The notes under the pieces were generated by a model. It did no database searches, was not told the DNA's origin, and worked only from the letters and a program-made list of their open reading frames with translations. From a virus (taxonomy: Duplodnaviria; Heunggongvirae; Uroviricota; Caudoviricetes), in IMG/VR virus record IMGVR_UViG_3300035698_015309: a stretch of 64,000 nucleotides of DNA; one strand, written 5' to 3'. The position numbers and the translations under genes were made by a program. Positions 9,532-19,288 of the stretch are shown piece after piece; the stretch's first letter is position 1, and each line of letters begins with the position of its first letter.

Positions 9532-10140
9532 ATGACCACCGACGACGGCAAGCTCACGTCCGAGCAACGGGCCAACTGGAAACGGACCCTGAGCGCCTCT
9601 TTCGGGCTACCCTCCTGGTTCCTCACGGACAAGGATGTCCAGGAGTTCCGGGACAAGACCCAGCGGGAAGCTGATCAGAAGGCCCTGGAACGAGCCGCAA
9701 AGGAGGCCCTCACTCGCCAGGAAGCCTCCTGTACGGCATACAAAGTCGTCGTCAGTACTCTCCGGGGTGACTTAGAATCCTTTTCCCAGTACTCAGCCTG
9801 GGCCTACAGCTACACCCCCGAGAAATGGATGAGCGCATTCCCTGGCTCAGGTCTTTTCGTGTTCGCCACCCAGGACCAAGCTATGAACTTTGCCAGCGCA
9901 TCCATTTTCCGAAGTCAGGTTTGGGGGTGCGAGTGTGAAGGCCCAATGGCAACGCCGCCTATGGTCCTGGGCATGCTGTATTCCGATGTGCCCCTTCAGC
10001 GCTTCTGGTCCAATCACCATCTGGGGCTCCCGCAGCCGCTGGAACCCCACCTCATCAAACCCCCGGAGGGGACGCTGTTGTTCAAACGGGTCAAATTGAT
10101 CAAGCGGCTCACCCCCCAGGCCAAACAAGGTCCCTTCTAA
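9532..10140 (+). CDS. hypothetical protein, AYKVV paralog family with N-terminal extension
   Basis: TAYKVV...GSGLFVF...QVWGCE...GTLLFKRVKL. Confidence 0.7.
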   Translation: MTTDDGKLTSEQRANWKRTLSASFGLPSWFLTDKDVQEFRDKTQREADQKALERAAKEALTRQEASCTAYKVVVSTLRGDLESFSQYSAWAYSYTPEKWMSAFPGSGLFVFATQDQAMNFASASIFRSQVWGCECEGPMATPPMVLGMLYSDVPLQRFWSNHHLGLPQPLEPHLIKPPEGTLLFKRVKLIKRLTPQAKQGPF

Positions 10141-10695
10141 CGCCCGGAGAGCCTCCCACAACTTGATCTCCGTGACCTTCCTGTCCCAGCAGTCAGGCAA
10201 CTCTACCCCCCCCCCGATCTGCAGCTCGTCCGTGGCGATACCATAGAGATCGTCATCGTTCTGAAGACACCCGACCCCACACTGCAGGCTCCAAACGGTT
10301 CCTTCACTACCATCTCTCTTGGGGGCTTCCAACGTCTCAAAGGCGATGACCATCAGGTCACAACCCGACTGGACCTTCATCAGGTCGTCCACCTTGGACC
10401 GGAGGAGAGTTCCGACTGAGGCCACAATGTTCCGGGGGCTGGGGAACACCTTGTCCGTCACAATGATGGTGAACATCGGAAGGAGTACCCGCTTGTTCGG
10501 CTCTGGGATCTGAATCACCCCCACACCGTCATCCCCGATGGCCCACGCTGGAGTGCCCTGTACCTTCTCAAGGATCGGGACGGCTACACCGCTTGCCCGG
10601 ATGTTCACGTACTTCATGGACGCCCGTGGGGCGGACTCGACTCGGGGAGGGGTATCGAACCCTGGAGGAAATACAGCATTCGGTGGGTAACGCAT
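9847..10695 (-). CDS. hypothetical protein (likely start 10617)
   Basis: Long ORF; 3' end overlaps the convergent gene. Confidence 0.45.
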   Translation of the reverse strand: MRYPPNAVFPPGFDTPPRVESAPRASMKYVNIRASGVAVPILEKVQGTPAWAIGDDGVGVIQIPEPNKRVLLPMFTIIVTDKVFPSPRNIVASVGTLLRSKVDDLMKVQSGCDLMVIAFETLEAPKRDGSEGTVWSLQCGVGCLQNDDDLYGIATDELQIGGGVELPDCWDRKVTEIKLWEALRALEGTLFGLGGEPLDQFDPFEQQRPLRGFDEVGFQRLREPQMVIGPEALKGHIGIQHAQDHRRRCHWAFTLAPPNLTSENGCAGKVHSLVLGGEHEKT

Positions 10696-10741
10696 TGGGG
10701 TCTCCTTTTGTCAGATCACTCTACCCCAGTCGGAACTGTTG

Positions 10742-10767
10742 GATCATCTGACACCGTCAGGGAGTAG
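10742..10767 (+). promoter_or_regulatory. class-A phage promoter
   Basis: GATCATCT-N12-GAGTAG upstream of 10788. Confidence 0.8.
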
Positions 10768-10787
10768 AGGATGTCAGGAGGTGCCCT

Positions 10788-13379
10788 ATGCACGAAAAGA
10801 TCCGCAAGTCCTTGATCCGCAAACTCATCCCCGATTTTCGCAACTGGCTCTACACGAAGGCCCGACAAGGCAAGGGACTGGCCGAGAAGACCATCACGTA
10901 CTACCTGCTCAACCTGGATCGCCTCCTGAAGGTGCTCCCGGACCCGTTCACGATCGATGACGTGAACAAGGTAGTGGCGGACGACTGGGCCAGCCAAACG
11001 AGCAAGAACAAGCAGACGCATATGGCGTCCGTTTGGAGCAACCTCCAGGTGTTCCGTCTCACCCTGCTCCTGGCCAAGGACACGCCCCCGGCCATCTGGG
11101 GTGTGTCCCCCAAGACCGTCATCAACCGGCTCCCCGAGTACAGGATTTGGATGGAGGCGGGGGGGCTGCTCAAGCACGAAACGGTAGAGGAGTACCTGCG
11201 AATCGCACACATCGTCCTGGGCTGTGTGACCAACGTCACGACCGAGAACCTGAAGGAGGCCCTGACCGGGCATCCTCTCCGTTACCGTTATGCCACACTC
11301 GGGCAGTCTGGGCTGCTGACATGGTGGAAGAACGTCACGGTAACCCCGGACACGGCAAGGCTCCCCGCCAACATCCCGACCGTCACCTGGGACATGCCCG
11401 AAGACTTCTCCGTCCCACTTGCCGCCATCCCGGCGTACAGGGAATGGCTGGTCAAGGAACAAAACTTCAAGTCCAGTTCCGTTCGGGTCTGGGTCAGTGC
11501 TGCGGAACGCATGATCCACAAGGGCACCCCGATGAACATCAACACCCTCGTGCGTGCGACCTACATCAACTACTACGCCTGGATCGGCCCCTCCGGTTTC
11601 GTGCCCTTCTGGAAGCAGTATAACAAGCCGTCCGAGGTCACGGAACCGGATCCGATCCCTGCAAAGCCCAAGACGCCCAACAAGAACAAGGAGACCCCCT
11701 TGAAGTATTGTCACCTGTTCCCGACCGAAGCCCAGGTAGCCCAGTCCCTGTCTGAGTACCCCGATTGGGTGGTGCGCCGGGGTTGCACCCCCAACACGGC
11801 GGAGGTTTACCGCAAGGCCCTCCGGCAGTTGCTGAAGACCGTCACGTCCTGGGACCAGGAAACCGTAAATAAGGCGCTCTCAGGAATGAAACAGACGCCC
11901 AACTATGCCTGGAACGGAAACTACGGCTTCCTGGCCTTCTGGAACGAACGGAACGCCCTTCCGATCAGCCACCACCAGATCCAGTCGTTGACTCCCGCCT
12001 TCCGCTCCTGGATGAGGGAACAGGGTCACACCGAGCGGGTGGCTGGCGACTACGCCAAGGCAGTCCTTGGGCTGTCCCTTAAGGTCAAGTCCTTCAGCCC
12101 GACCGACCTCGCCCCGGTGCTCAACAAGTCCAAGCACTACAGGAACGCCTGGAGAAAGTTCATGATCTTCTACCAGGCCCAGGACATCTCGGTCGAGGCC
12201 CCCACGAAGGCCACGCCGGTCCCCGAGCCTGAGCCGGTAACGGACACGCCCACCGACATCAGGAAGCCCACCAAGGCCGACGTCGAGGCCCTCAAGGGCG
12301 CATTTGAACTCTGGCTGAGCACAAGCCGCAAGCTCAGTCGGAAGTCGACCGGCAACCGTATGAGTGGACTCCGGCAGATCATCAAGCACTCCACCTCACC
12401 CACTTTGGATGACATCTACTCCGTGCTGAACATCCCAATGTCCAACTTCTACCGGGACGCTTGGCTCGGGGGCTCCGGCTTCATGCACTTCTGGACTGAA
12501 TACAGGGACATTCAGACGCCCCTCATCGTCATGACGCCCCCGGTGGAGACGCCTGAACCCGCCGAGGCGCTCTCCAAGCCCCTGACCTGGGAGGGGGGCC
12601 TCAAGACCGTGGCCAAGTCCCTCGACTCCAACTATGATCCCAAGGCAAATGCCAAGGAAATGGTCGACAGCATCATCAAGGAATGGTCGGAAGACAATGA
12701 CTTGTTGAATGTCCTGATGACCCAGGCAGGTATCGAAACACCCCAGGACAGCACAATGGGCAAATGTTTCCAGCTTCTCCTGGATGCAGCGGAGGCCCCC
12801 AAACCCGAGACCACCCCGCAGTCCGATGTGTATGAACAGAGTTTCCGCACCCTGATCAAGACCATGTTCCACGGCAGCGCCCTCACTGACCCTACTGAAC
12901 TGACTGAGTCCTTCCGTGACGGTTGGGCAACGGATTGGGCTAGACTCAACAACTGGATGGACGAAGCGGGAATCAACAGGGCGGATCCCCTCATCACACT
13001 CAGGGAGGCCATCCGCCTCCTCAAGGCCGACTGGGACTTCAAGTCTGTACCCCAGGACAACCCCTACAAGGACGCCCTGGTGCAGATCAGGAAGACCCTC
13101 AACATCACCGGGGTCACCGACCCCCACGAGGTAGCGGAAAGTATCCGCAACACCTGGATGGTTCTCGAAACGCTGCTGACCGAGCTTCTGCACAAGGCCG
13201 GATGGTCCAAGGGGCAGACCCTCACCTTCCCCGAAGGACTTCGGTACCTCAAAAGGAACTGGCCTGACAGGGGTACCCCGGCCAACCTGACCCAGGAGAT
13301 CCTCGCCGCACGTTGGCGGGAGACCAAGACCGGAACCGACCCCAAGGTGCTGGATGCACTCCTCGCCAAGCTCACATGA
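10788..13379 (+). CDS. 863-aa protein of six tandem integrase core-binding (SAM-like) modules plus three C-terminal helical repeats
   Basis: Repeats such as FRNWL..GLAEKTITYY, YREWL..NFKSSSVRVW and FELWL..KLSRKSTGNR; most end W.G..GF..FW; no tyrosine-recombinase catalytic motif. Confidence 0.65.
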   Translation: MHEKIRKSLIRKLIPDFRNWLYTKARQGKGLAEKTITYYLLNLDRLLKVLPDPFTIDDVNKVVADDWASQTSKNKQTHMASVWSNLQVFRLTLLLAKDTPPAIWGVSPKTVINRLPEYRIWMEAGGLLKHETVEEYLRIAHIVLGCVTNVTTENLKEALTGHPLRYRYATLGQSGLLTWWKNVTVTPDTARLPANIPTVTWDMPEDFSVPLAAIPAYREWLVKEQNFKSSSVRVWVSAAERMIHKGTPMNINTLVRATYINYYAWIGPSGFVPFWKQYNKPSEVTEPDPIPAKPKTPNKNKETPLKYCHLFPTEAQVAQSLSEYPDWVVRRGCTPNTAEVYRKALRQLLKTVTSWDQETVNKALSGMKQTPNYAWNGNYGFLAFWNERNALPISHHQIQSLTPAFRSWMREQGHTERVAGDYAKAVLGLSLKVKSFSPTDLAPVLNKSKHYRNAWRKFMIFYQAQDISVEAPTKATPVPEPEPVTDTPTDIRKPTKADVEALKGAFELWLSTSRKLSRKSTGNRMSGLRQIIKHSTSPTLDDIYSVLNIPMSNFYRDAWLGGSGFMHFWTEYRDIQTPLIVMTPPVETPEPAEALSKPLTWEGGLKTVAKSLDSNYDPKANAKEMVDSIIKEWSEDNDLLNVLMTQAGIETPQDSTMGKCFQLLLDAAEAPKPETTPQSDVYEQSFRTLIKTMFHGSALTDPTELTESFRDGWATDWARLNNWMDEAGINRADPLITLREAIRLLKADWDFKSVPQDNPYKDALVQIRKTLNITGVTDPHEVAESIRNTWMVLETLLTELLHKAGWSKGQTLTFPEGLRYLKRNWPDRGTPANLTQEILAARWRETKTGTDPKVLDALLAKLT

Positions 13380-13393
13380 CAGATTCAACACTG

Positions 13394-13419
13394 GATCATC
13401 TGCTGCCGCCAGGGAGTAG
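13394..13419 (+). promoter_or_regulatory. class-A phage promoter
   Basis: GATCATCT-N12-GAGTAG upstream of 13442. Confidence 0.8.
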
Positions 13420-13441
13420 ATGATCCAGTAGGAGGAACACG

Positions 13442-15139
13442 ATGAAACACCCGACCAGGAAACAAGTCAGGGCCTTCCAGCCCGAGTACGCTGAGTGGCT
13501 CCAGCAGATGGGCGTGGCCCCAAGGCGGATCAGAGCGAACACCCTGTGCCTTGACATGCTGCTCCGAGAAACACACTCGCCCTTTAACGAAAAAACCGTG
13601 GCCCTCGCTGTCATACAAACGACAGGCATAGGCCTTCAAGAAGCTTGGGCCACGTCCCAATTCAGCTTCCTGGCCTTCTGGAAGGACAAGACCGGACCCA
13701 CTCCGGGTGACTTCCAGTCCCACAAGACCCGATTTTACAGTTGGTTACAACACGGGGACGACCCCAACGTACAGCGTTATAGCGAGCGGGTCACCACCGA
13801 TACAATGTATGCCCTTACGGGGCTGTCCCACAAGGGCAAATCGTTCCGGTCCTGTGACCTGGAAGAGACCCTCAACCGTTCCGGGCACTACAGGTTGGCC
13901 TGGAAGCGTTTCCTGAAGTTCTGGGACACCATCGACCAGCCCCCACTGGAACCCCCGGCAACGTCCCAACCGGCACCTCCGGCCCCCGTGAAGGCCCCGG
14001 AGCAGGCGGACACCTCCCTCCCTCCTCTGACCCGGTACAACGTCCTGAAAAACCTGACACGGTACAACAGGTGGCTGCAGGTGGCTGACGGGTTCGACAC
14101 CACCAACCTCCCCGCACGGCAATGGGCCATGGCGAGGATCCTTCGCCTGTGTCACTCCGAAAATATGGATGACCTCCCCCAGATCCTTGTAGAAAACGGC
14201 GACCTCCACGCTGTGTGGCACGGCATCGATTTCGGCTTCCTCACCTTCTGGGCGTTTCAGTATGGACCCAAGGACGCCTCCGAGGGGTCCACGGACCAGC
14301 CGAAACCCCCCACCATGACCGAAGCCCTGGATGTCCTGGACGACTACGAGCGGTGGCTGAGGGTCTGCCACGGGTGGCGTCACAGCGCTGTAAGGGGACG
14401 ATATCGGACCATGATGCTGGGCCTCAGCCGGTGCCAATCCGAAGACCTGTCCGACCTGTACCAGTTTACGAAAACGGACGACGCCTTCCACACGGCGTGG
14501 CACGGCATCGATTTCGGCTTCCTCACCTACTGGAATCTCCGGCACGAGAAGGTCCAGATCCCGAAGACTCCCGTTACACCAATGGGCGTGTGGGAACAGT
14601 GCCTGCGCTCCGTGTTTCAAGCACTCAGCCCTGGCACCTTCCCCCCTAGCGACCCCCGCAAGTTGGCCGACACCATCAACAAGACCTGGGGGGAGACCCA
14701 CGAACTGCTGTCCAAACTGCTCACCAAGGCAGGCGTCACGACCAAGATCATGACGGCCACCGACGCCCTCCATGCCCTTCTGGTGGTATGGCCGGAACCC
14801 GAGCATCCCGAGACCGAGCCTACCCCGAGCGACGTGGCACACGACAGGGAGAACGAATCTACCAGGATGCCCACCAAGATTGATGTCAAAAGGGCGGTGG
14901 GGGACTATCAGGCATGGCTGAAGGACATCCAGGGACTGAATACCACGGCAATCTGGGAATGCACCGTGGATCTCCAAGGGAGCGTCTGCGCCTGCTGCTC
15001 CCACGATCTGGAAGATCTCCCCAGGATCAAGAGCGAACACAAGCCGTTCAAGGAAGCCTGGGACGGCCCCAATGGCTTCATGGCCTTCTGGAATGATCGC
15101 CGCCGGACCCCAAAAGCGATCAAGAAAACGCCCCCGTAG
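13442..15139 (+). CDS. 565-aa paralog with five of the same modules and one helical repeat
   Basis: YAEWL, FYSWL, YNRWL, YERWL and YQAWL starts; WHGIDFGFLT(F/Y)W occurs twice. Confidence 0.65.
   Translation: MKHPTRKQVRAFQPEYAEWLQQMGVAPRRIRANTLCLDMLLRETHSPFNEKTVALAVIQTTGIGLQEAWATSQFSFLAFWKDKTGPTPGDFQSHKTRFYSWLQHGDDPNVQRYSERVTTDTMYALTGLSHKGKSFRSCDLEETLNRSGHYRLAWKRFLKFWDTIDQPPLEPPATSQPAPPAPVKAPEQADTSLPPLTRYNVLKNLTRYNRWLQVADGFDTTNLPARQWAMARILRLCHSENMDDLPQILVENGDLHAVWHGIDFGFLTFWAFQYGPKDASEGSTDQPKPPTMTEALDVLDDYERWLRVCHGWRHSAVRGRYRTMMLGLSRCQSEDLSDLYQFTKTDDAFHTAWHGIDFGFLTYWNLRHEKVQIPKTPVTPMGVWEQCLRSVFQALSPGTFPPSDPRKLADTINKTWGETHELLSKLLTKAGVTTKIMTATDALHALLVVWPEPEHPETEPTPSDVAHDRENESTRMPTKIDVKRAVGDYQAWLKDIQGLNTTAIWECTVDLQGSVCACCSHDLEDLPRIKSEHKPFKEAWDGPNGFMAFWNDRRRTPKAIKKTPP
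14215..14528 (+). repeat. 32-bp identical direct repeat inside the repeat protein
   Basis: GTGGCACGGCATCGATTTCGGCTTCCTCACCT at 14215-14246 and 14497-14528. Confidence 0.95.
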
Positions 15140-15147
15140 CAGTCGTC

Positions 15148-15609
15148 GTGTGGGAGAACACCTACCGGGACAACTGGGAAGGTTGGCACATGGCCCGGAA
15201 GATGCTGACCAGATACGAGGGGTGGCTCTCCTACCACGACGAACTGCGACCCTACATCAACTGGATCGACCAAGGCAAAGACCTGCCCCGACTCTCGGTC
15301 GTTACAACCTACCCAAACCCAAGGATCGGGACGCTGAAGACCCAGGGGCGCAATGTCCCCGTCCTGAGTCATACCACGAGTAAAGACGGAGACCACCATC
15401 GCATCCACCTGAGGACACGTCTGTGCCCCGGCACATGGCCCAGCTATGTCAATGAAAAGTTCAATGCCACGCTGACCATAGGAAACCAGCAGTGGGAAGG
15501 CCCATGGCGGGCCTACGAGGACTATGACACACCCTACAGCAACACCATCCGGTTAGACCCACCTACACAAAAGGCGTTAGGAATAGAACACCCCAGCCAG
15601 CCCACCTAA
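15148..15609 (+). CDS. hypothetical protein
   Basis: ORF directly after the repeat protein. Confidence 0.55.
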   Translation: MWENTYRDNWEGWHMARKMLTRYEGWLSYHDELRPYINWIDQGKDLPRLSVVTTYPNPRIGTLKTQGRNVPVLSHTTSKDGDHHRIHLRTRLCPGTWPSYVNEKFNATLTIGNQQWEGPWRAYEDYDTPYSNTIRLDPPTQKALGIEHPSQPT

Positions 15610-16081
15610 GCCCCCCACCTAAGCCCCTTCACCCCAATAAGGATACACAACCCGCAGAAGGACCAGAAACGCCCACACAAGGCCACGTGGGATCCCCTAA
15701 AAGCATATACAGCCAGTGTACCCAATCCCCTAGAACGTAAGACCACATGACAACAACCACAAAGTGATCGGAAATAGCCACTGAAGGCCACATGGGGGTT
15801 TATAGGGACGTATCCCTGACAATTCCAGCGATAGCCGGAACCGTCCCTGATAGGTCGGGCAATCGTTATAGAGGAAAAACCGGCAAAGTCCCTCCTTTTC
15901 ACACCGTTTTCTTGACACCCCAACGCCCAAGGAGTAGGAAAGTTGGGAGGCCCCAGACTGGGGATCGCTGAGAATGGCAGCGTCAGTCAGGTCGGGGGCG
16001 TAACGCTAGGTGGCCCGAATGTCAAACCGGCACGAAGAAAGAGATTGCTTGACTCGAATTGAAATCTAGATTCTGTAGGAG

Positions 16082-16987
16082 TTGCTTATGCCACAGATTC
16101 TCTACACCCGGTCGAATGATGGTTGTGATGAAGTTCGAGTACGGGAGACGGAGGGTGGCCGTATCTATACACTAGAGCGGCCTACAGGTGCTGAGACGTT
16201 CGACTCGGCACGCAAGCTACTCATCATGGTAACGGGTCATCCTGAGGCTCGTCATTGGACGCTGGACCGTTACTTCCGGACGGGGCGTCACACCCCTAGA
16301 GGCAGGAGTGCTTCGTCACCGATCCTAGAAGCTCTGGGTCCGGGTGGTTGGGCTATTGATCCGTCGAGCTTGTCAACTCCTTCGGGCATTGTTTCGGTAC
16401 GTCGGTTGGGTGACCCACAGAATCTGGGTATTGACTTGGCGGTGCGTGGCCGTGAGGTAGCGAAGCTCCTCTACAAGGGGTTCTCTGGGAAGATGCGAGC
16501 GGCTCGTTATGAGCCGGAGGATGTTCTTCAGGAAGTTTACAAGGGGATACTCATCCGCAACAAGGGCAAGTGCCCCTTCGATGCTCGGGTGGCGTCCTTT
16601 GGTCATTACGTTCACATGGTCTGTCGGTGTGTGTTATCGAATTACCACAGGCGGTCGCAACGTTATCGTAGTGTGATGCAGGCGGGGTTGCCTGGTTGGA
16701 CTGAGGATGGGCTGACAACGGTAGATGCGGGGGATGACCGTGCGTTGGTGGGCGTGGTGACGGATCCGTCTGATGTATCTGAGGAGTCGTTGATGCTGGA
16801 CCTGATGGATTCTTTACGTCCCCATCCTCAACGTGAGTTAGCGATACAGGCCATGCCTTTGCTGAAAAGAGGCAAGGGCATGGCCTGGGAATATGCTGGT
16901 GCTGTCTTGGATGAGTCCCCGGCTACGATGTCCAAGGCATACGCTTACCTTAGGCGTGAGATTCATCATTACCGGGACGCTCACTAG
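16082..16987 (+). CDS. sigma70/ECF-like RNA polymerase sigma factor with N-terminal extension
   Basis: Region-2-like EDVLQEVY...FDARVASFGHYVHMVCRCVLSNYHR; C-terminal HTH AGAVLDESPATMSK. Confidence 0.75.
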   Translation: MLMPQILYTRSNDGCDEVRVRETEGGRIYTLERPTGAETFDSARKLLIMVTGHPEARHWTLDRYFRTGRHTPRGRSASSPILEALGPGGWAIDPSSLSTPSGIVSVRRLGDPQNLGIDLAVRGREVAKLLYKGFSGKMRAARYEPEDVLQEVYKGILIRNKGKCPFDARVASFGHYVHMVCRCVLSNYHRRSQRYRSVMQAGLPGWTEDGLTTVDAGDDRALVGVVTDPSDVSEESLMLDLMDSLRPHPQRELAIQAMPLLKRGKGMAWEYAGAVLDESPATMSKAYAYLRREIHHYRDAH

Positions 16988-17106
16988 AGCACTGGAAAAG
17001 TCCAGTACTTTCGTTGTAATCTGCACAAAAAGATCTGGGCAAAGAGTACTGGAAAGTACTTGACTGTGGGGTGCTGACCTAGATTCTGTGGGTTATCCCG
17101 GTGGGG

Positions 17107-17132
17107 GATCATCTCAGCGACCCACAGAGTAG
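17107..17132 (+). promoter_or_regulatory. class-A phage promoter
   Basis: GATCATCT-N12-GAGTAG with no nearby downstream ORF. Confidence 0.7.
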
Positions 17133-17283
17133 TCTAGGTGAAGGCAAACGATTCGTCGGTGTCTGGGTCTGCTCCGTAAAGAAATAGAACGTCACGGCCC
17201 ACGGGTATGGCCCACTTTCGGCTTGGCAGAGCTTCCGTCTCCCAGGTAAACTGAGAGCAACGTTATGGGTGTGTCCCTGTAGA

Positions 17284-18381
17284 CCCACAGAATCTAGGTG
17301 TGACGTCCTTTGGGGGCTGTGTTGGGGTAGACTGGTGGGGGCATGGGATTTTGGCGTCGTTAGTGGGTGACCCCTGCTTTTCGGGGGCACACAAAATGAC
17401 ATGTCGGAGCATGGTGGGAGCCTTTTTTTTGCGGTGGCTCATGTGGGGGCGTTTCTGAGTAGTTACTGTGTGTGATTTTGCTGTGGGGGTTTGTCTATGG
17501 GGATTGCGTCACCTGATGATTACATCTCGACTTTAGAGGCGGCAACGCTTTATGGGACTGACCGTGCGGCTATGCGTCGTGAGGCAATTCGTCGGGGCTG
17601 GGACTCCGTTCGTTTCTTTAGCAACATGCTGGCTTATGACTTGGATGACTTTCTGGATTGGCATATGGGGCTTCAGAAGCCGGATCGTCGTCCTTGTTTG
17701 GGTTGTGGCAAACCTTCCATGGTTGACCGTTACTATTGTGACCGCTGTGCTCAGCTTCGTAAGGGGTGTGGTGTGATTTGCAAGGAGGCTGCTGGCGTGG
17801 CGGGACTTCCTTTTTCGAGTGGTGACTGGTAGATGCTTTGTCCAGTACTTTCGGACATTCTGTGGGAGGCTTCTTTGGGGAAAGCAAGCAAAACAGTCGC
17901 TGGTGTGATCAGGAAAAGATCTGGGATTGTCTTGACAGGAGTACTGAGGCTGTGTGGTCTAGATTCTGTGGTTGGCCTTCTGTGGGAGTCCAGTACTTTC
18001 GCTGTGTGGGGTGCAGAAATAAACCGTACTGACAAAGTACTATAGTACTTGACTGGGGCAATACTCTAGATTCTGTGGGTCGTCCCTTCGGGGTGGTACA
18101 AAAGGCTCCCTACATGGGTCGCCAACTCATTTACGGTTAGTAACGACGTAGAGTTGGGTTTTCGTTTTACGGGAGGGTCTCAGGAGACTAATGGTGAGCC
18201 TTTTCCTGTCGTGCTGAGATCGTCACACCCATATGCTACCGCCTCACAGACGCCTGCAGGTTTTCATTTCTCATATAACATCTTTGGGGATGGATCACAA
18301 AAGGAAAAGGTTCTTTGGCCCCACAGAATCTAGGGTGACGCCCTTTGGGGGCTGTCTTAGGGTAGACTGGTGGGAGCATGG
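17284..18381 (+). repeat. about 62-bp imperfect direct repeat (17284-17346 and 18320-18381)
   Basis: CCCACAGAATCTAGG..TGACG.CCTTTGGGGGCTGT...GGGTAGACTGGTGGG.GCATGG occurs twice. Confidence 0.9.
17491..17832 (+). CDS. excisionase-like HTH protein with C-terminal Zn finger
   Basis: YISTLEAATLYGTDRAAMRR; CLGC...CDRC. Confidence 0.55.
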   Translation: MSMGIASPDDYISTLEAATLYGTDRAAMRREAIRRGWDSVRFFSNMLAYDLDDFLDWHMGLQKPDRRPCLGCGKPSMVDRYYCDRCAQLRKGCGVICKEAAGVAGLPFSSGDW

Positions 18382-18391
18382 AGGGAATGAG

Positions 18392-18598
18392 ATGAAGATT
18401 CCAGTGATGACACCGCTGACGGTAGTGAAGGGTAACGACGGGAAGAGCGTAAGCCAGTTTTACTGTTACGAGAGGATTGGTGGTGCGGTCTTTAAGCTCC
18501 CTGAGGGTCTGACTCCAGACCTTGAGGTTCCTTGGACGTCGGAGGAGAAGGCTGGGCTGCCTTGCTTCCTAAAGGGGGACAGGTCAAACATCACCTGA
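18392..18598 (+). CDS. hypothetical protein
   Basis: GGAGGG RBS before ATG 18392. Confidence 0.4.
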   Translation: MKIPVMTPLTVVKGNDGKSVSQFYCYERIGGAVFKLPEGLTPDLEVPWTSEEKAGLPCFLKGDRSNIT

Positions 18599-18837
18599 TC
18601 AGCTACAGTGACCTTGAGGTGGGGATGCCTGTGCTGGTGCCTACACTGTGGGGGTACACCCTTGGGGTGGTCACGGAACTGACTGAGGATGGTGGTTACG
18701 CTCGGGACTATGGCCACACTGAGGAGAAGCCGGGCAATCAGTACCTTCTAAGTTTTGCTCGGGATGGGTGGGACTGCTGGTCGTGTGGTTGTGCTATGAA
18801 CCTGAGGGCTCTCAAGCGTCTGGGGGTAACCCGGTAG
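18532..18837 (+). CDS. hypothetical protein
   Basis: ORF with DLEVGMPVLVP and CWSCGC; start uncertain. Confidence 0.4.
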   Translation: MDVGGEGWAALLPKGGQVKHHLISYSDLEVGMPVLVPTLWGYTLGVVTELTEDGGYARDYGHTEEKPGNQYLLSFARDGWDCWSCGCAMNLRALKRLGVTR

Positions 18838-18845
18838 CCTGTGGG

Positions 18846-18870
18846 GACCATCTGCTGACCCACAGAGTAG
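18846..18870 (+). promoter_or_regulatory. class-A promoter variant
   Basis: GACCATCT-N11-GAGTAG. Confidence 0.55.
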
Positions 18871-19236
18871 CTGAAGTGGGGAGAGTGGGGTGTCTTCCTC
18901 TAGATTCTGTGGCCTCCCTTTTGGGGCCTGTTCTTTTACTCTCCCTACAGGGTGTCCCAACTCATTCTGAGGTAGTGTTTATGCGGGTCTCCGAAAACGG
19001 GTGTGAAGCGGACGTTGGGCGTTTCATCTTGGTGAAAACGTCTGAGACGAGAGGGTGGGTGGTCACACTGTCCTACTTTGCGACACCTCTGTCGTGTTGT
19101 GGGGCGGGCTGCCCGAGCAATTGTCACTTAGAATCTCAGATGACCTGACGACTCATCCAACTGTGGCAGCCTGGTGGGTGTTACGTTGGCGTGGGTGGCG
19201 GTCTTACGTTGTCGTAAGCTAAGAGGGGGCTGCCAG

Positions 19237-19262
19237 GATCATCTCACCGACCTGCGGAGTAG
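19237..19262 (+). promoter_or_regulatory. class-A phage promoter
   Basis: GATCATCT-N12-GAGTAG. Confidence 0.7.
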
Positions 19263-19288
19263 ACCTTGTGTAACGACCGCGACTAGGG

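Noticed and set aside
10788-15139. Functional integrases
   Set aside because: No R-K-H-R-H/W-Y catalytic domain found in either protein
16066-18912. CRISPR-like array
   Set aside because: Repeats are only 11-14 nt, occur in both orientations and are irregularly spaced; no cas genes
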